This document shows, piece by piece, positions 1 to 11,219 of a stretch of DNA of 64,000 bases (position 1 is the first letter of the stretch; the number at the start of each line of letters is the position of its first letter). Location: the NCBI GenBank assembly GCA_020536535.1, contig JAHLWZ010000866.1, positions 4,005-68,004 of the forward strand, written 5' to 3'. The position numbers were made by a program, and so were the translations under genes. The stretch comes from Pelomyxa schiedti (Eukaryota > Protista > Evosea). Under the pieces are notes generated by a model. It was not told the DNA's origin. It did not search any database and saw only the letters and a list, made by a program, of their open reading frames with translations.

Positions 1-3000
1 AGACAAAGGTTATTGCATGAAACATACTGATTGTGCAAGTACGTGAGGGCAGCATTTGCGGCCATTTTCTTGGCGATTTTCTTCTTGGATGATACCGCAC
101 TGCCCAGGGTTTTTCCGAGTATGATAACTTCACATTGGAATTCCTGTTCGCTGATTTGCGTGAAATGAAATGGCCTCGGAATTTCTGTTGGGTACATTTG
201 CTGGACTGTGCTGTAGAGTTCCCTGCGGAATCACAAGCATCAGAGTTGATTGAATGCATCATTAGATTTCCGTTATAAAATTGAGGGAATGGTGTGGGAA
301 TTACGTTACGGGATCCTCCACAACAGTATCAGAGGAGGGTGCTTTGATGTAATCAAACAGCAAAGGGAATATAACGGCCTGTGTTCTTGTGTACGAAAAG
401 TTTGTATCAACAAACACCGCCCCAGCAATTGCTTCGAAAACGTCCGCACAAACACTAGCAGATGGCCTAAAAGATTTTAATCATTTTTTGACACCCAATA
501 TAAAAGAGGTCAACTGTACCTTTCGTTTTGTCGTATGAATTTATCAAATCCCCAATGCAAGCAGGCCTGTGACAAGGAAGTATTGCAGGCTCTTTTACGT
601 TGCAGAGATGAGAGAACAGAAGGCGGTTGATTGGGGTGGCATCTTTTATTGTTGTGAGTGGGTAATATGTGATTCCAATGGGAACAAACTGAAAGAGATG
701 TTCAACAATTATCAAGTCGCACACAGCATCGCCCAGAAATTCGAGCAGCTGGTAGTTCTGGTCCAGATGAGAATTTATACTCTTTGGTGTGAGTGCCCTT
801 CCCAACAGTGTCCAGCTTCTGAATTCGTAGTGCAAAATGACTTGAACTCTACGAAACTTAAAGGTATAAACACTGTGCATGCTGGGTACTAGAAGCGCTT
901 ACCTCATCAGAGACTGAAAGGGAAGTGTCAATGAGAATAAAATACTGGTTGATTTGTCTAAAGGGCAAACCCATTGCCCGCAAAAATTCGCATGATACTG
1001 GAAAGCTTAAGAGGTAGGATTGGAAGAAGAGAGATGGCATCTACCACTCAAGTCTTTGCAACACAAAAAGAGGGCACCACAACAACTTTCTAACACATCT
1101 GCAAAGAGCTTAGGAGATACCAGTCGAGTAGTATCTGCATATTCTCAGAGGAACCAAAACCAAACAGACCATTTTTGAACCTTTGGGAGGAAAGCCAGGT
1201 GGTACCCATTCTCTTACAGTTACTGGAGCAGTAAAAATATGGAATGGTAACACTGAAGAATGGCATAGTCCAGTAAGATTTGAGTTGCTCACTACAACAG
1301 CACGCTCTTGTGATTTTTTGCCTTCACCTCCGGGTACTGTGCAATACACATGAATAGAGGATATGAGCTTTAGTACACAATCCCCAAGCTTCTCTAGCCT
1401 CTCGTAATTCGTGATATCACAAGCACTTGGGGCTGTGAGTGCAGAAAGCAGAAGGCTGCAGGGAACAACAGAGAGAGACGGGATCTGAACTTGAAGATCT
1501 ACAGTTGAGGCTATGCGCTGCCAGAAGTGGTGAGACTTGTTTTTGTTTGTTTGTTACCTCCAAAGCATAAATAATAGCGGGGAGCTTGAGGCATTGCTTC
1601 ATGGCAAAAAAAGAAAGTGGATAAACTTCACAAGCCTCGGGTGCAAGAAGTACGGTTTGTGCGGGGCTCAAATCCTTTGACTGTTTTTCTGTATGAAAAA
1701 ATGTGCACTCCAATAACTTCTGCTCTGGATCTAAAACTAATTTCCACTTCTCTGTATAGTATTCATAATAGGTTCGGTATTTACTCCCTGCATTTCCAAA
1801 GTCAACAAGCAGATTTTTGCTCGTATATTGCAGAGGGATGTAAAGTTGGGTATTGTAAGGAGTAAAAATAAGCTCCTCACCGAACCTAACCTCGAGGTGT
1901 GTGTGGGTAGGTGTAGGCATGTGTGGAAATTGTGACCTCTGTATGGTTGTGGTGATGTTGGTAACGGATCGCCAATCTATATTACACAATTCTGGTAATA
2001 AAGGTTCGCAAATAGGAAGGATTGAGTAAATCTTGGCGGTATTGTTGTCCCATTTGAAACTGGTCCCCAAATGAGGTAGCAATAAGCGAAATAAGTGCTC
2101 CTGGAAAAGCAACATGTTTTCATAAAATTGTGTGGGAATGATAATGCTCCCACATGATTGAACCTTGATATGAGCAACACTGGACTTCAGTCTAACTGGA
2201 AACTCCACAGTACTTGTTCCAGGTGCAAAATTAGATGGTGTTACTATGACCCAAGATAACGGAACACCATCTACTATAATGCTGTGTGCAAACCCTTGAT
2301 AACTTTCAGGGGTGTCTTGTTTCCAAGGGCCTTGAAAACAACTTGCTACCCTCAACTGAGGGCATTTCTCGAGGGTGACTCGTCTGCCACTGTTTATAAC
2401 TTCGGTTCTTGGTGCTTTATGCACCGTGCTGTAAGTGTTTACATCACATGCCAATCGTTTGTTGCTCTGTGGCAAGTCCTCCTTTGAAACACAAGTATCA
2501 CTGTTACGAGTACCGAATTGTGTTGAAGAGAAAGCAAGAGGTTCAGCACTAGTCAATTCAGACTGTGCATGATCAGTGTACGCTATTGGCAAAGAAGCCC
2601 TATGGTCATTGTTGCAGAGTAAGTGCGAGACTGGGCAGAACAGAGTGGCACATAAGGCATGAGATGAGTGAATCTCACCTCCTTGTACGGGTTGTATTGT
2701 AGAACAGTATGAAGACCATAAACAGCAGAATGGTGACGGTGATACAGCTGCGTCAAAAGCAAAGGTATTGTCACTGTAACTCACTTCAGTTCCCATGAGT
2801 ACAAAGATGGTTTGGGCTTGTTCATTAAACAATTCCGCTGGTGCACAAGTGTCAAAGTAAAACACCACTTGAAATGCCTCAAGGTCACTCTTGAGAATTG
2901 TATTTAATTCCTGCACACTGGAAACAATCGTGGTACAGTCTGTTAATTGTGGCAACAGTGTTCTTTGGTTGGGGTGATTTCTCACCAAGGTGCCAAGTGT

Positions 3001-4540
3001 ATAGCACCGCGAAACTTGGACTACCTCATTAAGATTTTGTTGCACAAGAGAGGAAATTAATGCAGAAGATGTCAGTACCAAGATCAAACGGTATGGTAAA
3101 GCGCCTCGAGGGCAGCTACACATTCTGGTAATCGCCCCAGCTAATGACAACATTTTGGGACTCATATTCGAAAGAGAGAGAGTTTGGTTCAGAGATGCCG
3201 ATTGAAAGGATTCTGGTGATGCAGATATAGTTGAAAGATCTTGCAGGATCTTGTAAACAGAGAATGGCCCAAGTTCATGAAGTACACGCAACAGTGTGGC
3301 TTTGGTGACACTGGAGTGTTGTGGTAGGGGTATCTTTTCGAGTTGACTCACAAATTGCGGATGGTAAATTTGGGTATAAGGGATTATGAACTGGCATGTG
3401 CATATGGAGGAATGCCTTGCTGGATGCTGAGGTTCCATTGAAGCCGTACAGTTTATTTTCTAGTCAAATGATGGAATGAGTCAACAAGAATCCAGGTGGT
3501 TGGCATTGCCCATCATACTTTAGCATGAAAAGCATTTGATTCAAAGTACAAAGTACAACAAGACATAGTGGTCAATCCCAAAACACGTGGAGCTTGGCTG
3601 GCGCCATTTGGAGAGGAATGCAGTAGGTTAAGAAAAACAGAAATTGGGTGCTTGTGTGCTGCCAGATGGAAATCATCGATGATAATGAGAACGACATGAA
3701 GGAGGGAGAAGAAGTGTTTTTCCAAGGCATTCAGGAGGAATTCAACTGTACAGAGCTGTGAGAAAGGATTTAAAAAAAAAGAAAGGGGAAAAGACTGTGG
3801 CTATTACCACGAGATGGATTGATGAGCCAACTCTTTGCCACAACTCCCTGGTGTTACTGTGTGGACACCTATGGGATATTTTAGACGGAGAAAAAGGCCT
3901 TTGAACACAAGATATAAAAGTTACTTGAACAATGGGATACTTGTATAATCAGGAATCAGAGAACATTGTTCCATTAATTCCACTTTGGAAGAAAACTATT
4001 TGAAATCTGTTGAGTGATACCCACTTACACTTTTCCTTCCCCCTCTCCCATAAGTTATAAGTTGGAGTTTTGCGTGCATACCAGGTACACAACCAAGGGA
4101 GCAGATTCAGATGCATAGCCGCCTCCTCCATCACAAAAAAGTGCCTCGTCGCGCCCGCCTGGTCTCGCATTGTATCCCATAAGTGCACAAGTGGCCCCTA
4201 GCGCAGACACCAGGGCCTTGGAGTGGCTGCACGCAAGGCCTTCCACCACCAAGTCACCGTGTTTGATGCCCTCAGCTATTTCTGTCTAGATCGCGGGGGT
4301 GAGTCTGACACGATATTGTGGGAGCGAAACCTGTGTCTCTATCGACACCCCATGTTGTCTCAGGGCTTTGAACGCCGCGTCCATCGTCCAGGTTCGATCG
4401 CAGAAAAAAGATGGCGAAGATCTGCCAAGATTGAGAGTCTTTACAACAAACCACCGCGCCTTGTTGTCTAAATCTCAGTATCACGTCACTAATGTCGTGT
4501 GGAGAAAGGAGGGCCCGGCTGCTTACACTCGAATCAACAT
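1..4540 (-). CDS. Dicer-like RNase III (degenerate helicase-like N-terminus, probable PAZ, RNase IIIa, RNase IIIb, dsRBD); spliced; 3' end probably runs off the window
   Basis: RNase IIIa signature NYERLEKLGD (~1385-1415) and KLFADVLESCCGALF (~1065-1112). RNase IIIb NYQLLEFLGDAV (ORF 467-880) and ADVFEAIAGAVFVD (~405-455). dsRBD-like SSKKKIARKMAANAAL (~45-100). PAZ-like TYYEYYTEKWKLVLDPEQKLL in ORF 1417-3438. Helicase motif II-like IIIDDFHLA and RVLGLT (3513-3725). The start at 4540 is a tentative spliced ATG. Confidence 0.88.
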
Positions 4541-6781
4541 CTCATAACAACACAACAACAGTGGAGAATGGAGATGCCGCACGTCGGTGGTTGGTGACGG
4601 TGTCGCGAGTTGTGTGGGATCACATCGTCGAACCAGCGATCGTGTCTCCGTCCCACAATCGCGGGGTGCCACTCACCCGGCCGCAGTGCCATTGGCTCAT
4701 GGGCCTCGCCGACGCCCTGTTCCCCCTGGTGCCGAGGGCCTGCCGGTTGCTCACGGGAGGCGGCGGGGGTTGTTGTGTGACTGTGTCCCTATTCGACGAC
4801 GAAGATTATGGGATGCCGAACACATCACGCTATTTTGGGCTCGTGTGTGCGGGGGCAGCAGGGAGCAAGAGGTGCATCGAATGGATTGTGAAGAACAAAT
4901 CGACGAGGAACAACAAGAAGGAATGCATCGCTGTGCTCAGGGGCCTGTGCTTGGGTGTGTGTCTGTATATGCATTTACTGCGTAAATTGAATGCACACCT
5001 TCGCGGTCTGATAACAACCCATAATTCGTAACGTCTTGGATTTAATTCCTTCAAAACGCTCACGAGAACAGGGGGACACCTTGACATGGCCAAGGAGCTG
5101 GTCGAGGGCGGAGACACGCCGTGGTGTGGCTGTGAACTCCTGAGATGGCCTGCAGGTGACCGCGACGTGATCGATGACTTGAGAGAGATCCGCTACTCCG
5201 GCACTGTTTCGTGCAGCCTGCTGTACGACGCCTGCAAAGGAGGAAACCTGGAGGTTGTCAGGTGGGTGATGTCATCGTTCCGCGATGTGGGGACTGCGGC
5301 CTGGGAGTTCCCAATGCCGTTCCGTGCTGCTGTGAGGTGGGGCCGCCTCGACGTGGTCAAGTGGCTGAATTCATCCACCGGCTCTGTTCCGGCTTGCCTC
5401 GAAATGCTCAGATATAATGCCGATGACTGTTCTCTTGCCAATTTCGTTGCCAGCCAAAGCTTGGAAGTCGTGAAGTTTTGCACTGAGTTGTTCTGTGGAT
5501 ATGAGCCCAATGAAAACAGAGATGAAATACTTGAGAAGTTTATTGAGTACTGCCCAATTGGATGTGACGTTGATGAAGGCTGCCAGTGGATCAAAGATAA
5601 ATTTTCACTGACAAAAGAACATTGCCCCAGCCTCAGCTTAATCTCCAGTTTCAAAAATGCAAAGGGTTTCAAGTGGCTGATCAACACCTTTTCCCTGAAA
5701 CCAATTCAGGAAGAGTTGCGTTGTGCATGCACTGACATTGCAGACCAAGAACTCACAGAGTGGTTGATCACAAACTTCAGTGACAGTGTTGGTCCAGTGG
5801 AAACCGACACACTCATTTCTGCATGTGGGAACAAAAAAGACAGTGTGTCAGTGCTCCAGGTCCTGATTTCCAATCTGAGAACACCACTGAAAGAAGAGGA
5901 AATGACACAGTGCCTTGTCGCGTCTCTTTCCCGCAGCAACACATCAATTGCAGAGTGGTTGGAAAAGAAGTTCCATGTTATGGATCATGTGAATTCAGTC
6001 CCCAGATTGACCGATGAAACGTTCACCAAGGTTTGCAGTTCTCCTAATGGTTCCGGTATTGGTGGAATTCAGTGGTTCATTTCGAATTGCGCAGTCACAA
6101 ATATCAGTGAAAGGACAGTGATTGATGCTATTCGTTTCTTTTCTACTGAGAAAAAGATACTGCCAATGCTGCTTTTGCTGAAGACTTTTGAAGTTTCAAT
6201 TGTCTCTGATAATGACAAGGCTAATATGGTTCATATCATTGTATCACGTGGCAATCTTCCGCAAGCGAAGCAGATTGTATCTCGTGTCAGCTTCTCTTCT
6301 GAAAACGTTGCTCAGGGTTTGTCACAAGGAGGTCGAAAATCAGGAAAAGTTGTGAAGTGGTTCATTCAGCAGTTCCACCTGAACGAAAGTCAAGTCAAGA
6401 GGAATGACAACCGTTTGCTCTTCAAGTTGATTGACGGCAACAAGACCAGCTGTGCCGAGTGGTTAATCAGAAAATTCCACGTGACTTTGCCAGAGGCATG
6501 TCCCAATAGATTTTCTATGGACTAACAAAAAAATAAAGATTGGGGCCATGACCGACATGCACGGAATAGACGCATCAGTTTCACTGGTTTGCACGTGGAA
6601 GATGCTGCTTCGTGTGTTCCCCGAGATGACACTTTCGTTTGCCAAGCGGTACTTGTGGGAATATGCTACGGCCTTCCACCTGCACCTCAAAGCATCCAGG
6701 AAGATGCTGGGCCTCACTGATGCCGATCTGGTTGCCGAGGATGATTTCTCATACCTGTGGACGAACGCGTGGATCCCATAA
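4492..6781 (+). CDS. Ankyrin-like repeat protein of a lineage-specific multicopy family, copy 1 (3 exons: ~4492-4954, 5072-6495, 6539-6781)
   Basis: ORFs 4492-5031, 5086-6525 and 6548-6781 join into one protein collinear with the paralog at 40533-42863. Ankyrin-like motifs: LCLGGHLDMAKEL, ACKGGNLEVVRW, AVRWGRLDVVKWL. Confidence 0.75.
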
Positions 6782-7418
6782 GCAAAGACATGGGATTCAT
6801 TGCCAATCTGACTGCCAAACCAAAAAACATAAAGAGCTTTGTTTTGCCGCAAGGAAAAATTTTTTGGTTTTTTTTACTTTGAACAAAATCGATTTGTTGT
6901 TGTTCAGCGAATCACAACTCCCTAAAAACCCACAATTTCGGTTTTCAACTGTTGAAAGGGCAAAACATCCCCAGCAGATTCACCAGAGTACAGAGGTTCT
7001 GGGAGCCCTTAGTGGCCACTGCGGACCGGGAACTGGAAACATACATCATCATTTAAGAAGACTTGAGGACAAATACAACGTGGACACGTAACTACATCAT
7101 TTAGGAGGACGAAGTCTCCAGTTCCTGTCGACCGGCCCTCAAGCGAGCAAGTCGCACCCGAGGACGAGTTCCCCCACAATTGGAACGTGGGGTAATACAG
7201 CCAAGGGCTGCAAGGGACAAAACTCCCAGAACATTTTTTGTTTTTTTTTTTTGGTTTTTTTGAATACTTGCAGCTGAGGTTGTGAAGTGTTTGATTGGCT
7301 GTCGAGGTTTGTTTGTGGGTGTGGGAACAGAGATAGAGCCATGGGAGGGAGTTTGTGGAGCCATTTGAAGCTTCTCTCAGGCACGGTTGCATGGAAGAGG
7401 GAAAGAAAAGTTCCGCTT

Positions 7419-10400
7419 TTAAACGCCGTTGAAGTGGAACTCGTATTTGCCGGCTTTGAAGAGGAGAATTCCGTTGTTGTTGAGAGTGTCTATGAGAGAC
7501 TGGCAGTCTTCAGCAGCTATTCCATTCTGAGAAGCAAGGGCTCTTAGCTCCTGAGGGAAAAGTGAGAATTCAAAAACACAAAACCTAAGGGTGTGCATGT
7601 GCTATGGTTGGGTGTGTTTTAAGTTTACCTTTGTGGTGAATGAGTTTGTATTTGTTCTCTGGCTCTCTCGTCTTAGTACTTGCCGCATTACACTGATTTG
7701 CTTGGCCTTTCCTAGTCGCTTGCCTGTGTTGGCTAGCCGGAAGTCTACAAAGGTGGCATCTCCGCCTTGCGTGAATATTTGCTGTAGCGAGCCTTTCATG
7801 ATGGAAATAGCATCCTGCCAAAAAGGAGAATGGAGTAAGACGGAATGTAATATATTAGACGAAGTGGTTAATTGTTATTCTTTTTGAAAGAGGACCTGCG
7901 CATCAGAAACAGATGCCTCTGGCTTCATTTCAACTTTAGCACGTGCTTCAGTGAGTCGTATCAGAGCCTCCAGGAGCCTGAAAGTATATCATTTTGGGAG
8001 TTCTCTGAATGACGGTACCTTGGAGTAACAGGCATCACTTCATCATTGCGGTGAGTAGTTCTCATCTCTTTGTAAAAAGCAGATAGAACTGCTCCTGCCT
8101 CTGGAGATAACCTATAAATAATTAATTTTTGTAAGATGCTTTATTATAATTGGAGCACCTTGGGTGAGAGTACTTCCGCACGTAGGCGATATACTTCCGC
8201 AACATATGTTGCAACAGAGGTTCAAAGTCATCTGGTTTGTGCAGCCTTGACTCCAATGGTAGATCAGAATAAGAAGAATCCCATTGTTGAGAGCCAGGTA
8301 ATGAAAGTCCTTCATATTTTAGAAATTAAATTTATACTTTTTACTAGGGGAAGGAATACGTGGTCGTTTCTGGGATAGTCCACTGTGTAACTGGGATATA
8401 GGGATAGTCAACAAAGTGGAAGTAAAGAAATGATGTTCCACATTACCTCCATCACGTGATCTGCCAAAAGTCTTTTGTGGAACGATCAGTTTTGTCTCGA
8501 AGTTAATAAAGAAAGATTACTTGTCTTTTACTTCATCAGGGTTATCCAAAAGAACAAAAATAAGATCGAACCGAGAAAGTAAGGCAGCAGACATACTCAA
8601 GTTCTCAGATAGCTTCTTCCCTTTACTGCAAACATTTAGATATTGTGGAGAAAGAAGAACCACACTTGTATCTGCCCCCAATGGGGTTTGCAGCAGTAAT
8701 GACTGTGGTCCTTGATGGCAAACTGCAAACAATTCCTGCTTTCGCAATACTTATTGATTGCTGCTCCATTGCTTCCAGTAAAGATTCTGGTTCGTTCTTG
8801 GGCATTTTATCAAACTCATCTATACAACAACAGCCTTGATCGGCCATAACAAGTGCACCTGCCTCCAGAGCATAATCCGGAGACCCTGGCTGTTTGTGTA
8901 AAGCAACAGTAAGACCTGCCGATGAAGCATAGGTGCCGCACACAAATACACCACGAGGAGAAACGAGGTTTACTGCATTCAGAAGTTGGCTTTTACCAAG
9001 ACCAGGATCACCTGAAGAATTGTAATTATTTTATGTTGTGTAAAAGAAGGAATACCTACAATCAATACATGGGGATCACCACGTATTGGCAGTTTGTTTC
9101 TATTCTTGGAGTATTTCTGACATCCCCCAAGTAGAGCAAGTAGGAGACCAGCTTTGGTGTTTAAGTGAAAGCACCCCACAAATAAGCCAGATCACAGAAA
9201 TACCTTTGACCAAATCGTGTCCAAAAATACCAGGACACAGGCTGTTGACAAGCAAGTTGAATAGGTTTTGAGTTTCATGAATTGCAACAATGAGTTGCAG
9301 GTCCTGTTATTCGTTAGAAACAACAAGTAAGCAAAAACAACTTTCTGAGAGAATTCCATTTGCTCTTTATGATCATCGTGATTTTTATCCACGGAGTTAA
9401 CTTCAATATATGCATCGAATATTGCTTTCTTTTTATCTGTGAACCTTGCAGCTGTGTCAAAACCCAACAAACAAGGACAAAATAAGTCAATTGTCTTTGG
9501 ACAGAAAAGCTTTGACTTACATTTTTCGTCAACAGGTTCAACTGATCCCGCTTTCACGATTCCACAAACTACAACCTCATCACCTGGAACACAAGAATCT
9601 ACCAAGTCCTCCTTTAGTTCACAGTCAATACTGTAAATTTTGTTAACTTTCCTATTACTCTTAGGTTTGGGGTACATTCGTGGTATACGTCCACTAGATT
9701 TGTCATCCACTTGTTCCTGAACCCTATGTACAAAATTAAACACTAAGGAATATACTAGGGAAATACCTGATAACTTGCCAATCGATAAGGGATGCTCCAG
9801 AGTGCAAGGGTTTCCACGTTCGCGAATTGCAACCCGAACACTGGACTTTCGGCGTCTCATATCGTCCATCACGAAATTGAACATAAACTTGAGTAGAACA
9901 TTTCACACACAAAAAGGGATGCTCTTTGACCTACAAAAATAAGACTCAGTTAACGGTAGGAAGTTCATACCATGGGCCGTATATTGCCAGTTCGTACAAC
10001 AGTTCCTTTCACACAAACAAATTTGCCTGTGTAAGATTTACCAGGATCGATGTGGGAAAGGGCACTCACCTAGAAAGTTGGCTTTCAACTTTCTCAGAGG
10101 AGTGATTTTGCTGTATTTGAATAACCGCACAGTGAATTTCCTTTGCGGTGGTGGGGGTGCTAGTTCATCATCCATTTGGGAGCCTGAGGGCTGATTCTGA
10201 TTCCCATACACAATCTTTGGAAACAAGTCATTCCCGGGGCGCTCCCTTGGCACAAAGAACCTGGTGTAAAGAACAAGCGAGACACGCGAGTGCCGTCTCA
10301 GGGTCTTCATACACGAGGCGAGGGAAGCTCGGATCAGAGATATGTTCTATCAACTCTTCATACATAAACGGTACAACATTGTTATCTCCAATAAGCTACA

Positions 10401-10981
10401 TACCGCATGAGTTATGCACATTATCCAAAAAGAAACAAAGCAAAGAGCAAAGTGAACAGAAAAGAAAAGAAAAAAACAAAACAAAAAAAAGTCCAGGGAG
10501 AATCACATACCTGAGTAGACACATAAGGCTTAATTTGCTCGGCCAAAAAAAGCACGAACCTCGCCTTGTCGTCGTCCTTGGCGCTCTCCTCCTGGAAATA
10601 CACGTCCCAGCCCTCTACAACCGCCGCCGTCGACGACGCCGCCGCGGAGCTCCCCGCAGCCCCGGCACCTGCACCTGCGCCTGGCCCCTGCCCCCCACGC
10701 CCACGCCCCCGCCCGCGGCCGCCGCCTCCCTGCGCGGCCGGCTGCTGCTGCTGCTGCTGCTGCCCTGTCCCCCTGCCCCCTCGACCCCTGCCCCTCCCCG
10801 CGCCCGGCCCTTCTCCCCCTTCTCCTTCCCCTGCGCCTCTCCCTCTCCCTCTTCCCGCTCGTCCTCGGCCCCTGGATCCCCGCCCGGCTCCCCTGGGCTG
10901 CTGCTGGGGCTCGTTGCGGGTGGGCAGGTGTGCCGACGACGGCAGGGGCACGCCGTCATCATCGTCATCGGGGTCTCCCAT
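7419..10981 (-). CDS. MCM8: MCM-family helicase, most like MCM8; spliced; RGG/poly-Q N-terminus
   Basis: [21 protein letters not shown] (Walker A), [56 protein letters not shown]...[41 protein letters not shown] and KAGIVCSL favour MCM8 over MCM2-7. Confidence 0.85.
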
Positions 10982-11219
10982 GAGCAGAAACCACTTTTTT
11001 GCTGCAGGATCAAACAGCTGGACTACGCATCCCACCAGAGGAATACAGGCACCAATGGTTGTCTACATCCCTCCCGAATCGCAACAGGGAGGTTGGCATT
11101 CGAAAAGGAAAAGCCCAGCTGCGCTACGGGCCATTTCTGATGAAAAAAGGGTATGGGTTGTTACAAGTTGGTGTTTGTTCAATTTGGTTGGGTGTCATTA
11201 ATCATGGGGGAGCAATTAG

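Noticed and set aside
7024-7130. SECIS element or C/D snoRNA
   Set aside because: AUGA is present on the minus strand, but there is no correctly spaced AA loop/GA quartet and no terminal CUGA D box.
10148-11201. Long + strand ORFs (330 aa, 211 aa)
   Set aside because: Antisense shadows of the GC-rich, low-complexity MCM8 first exon.
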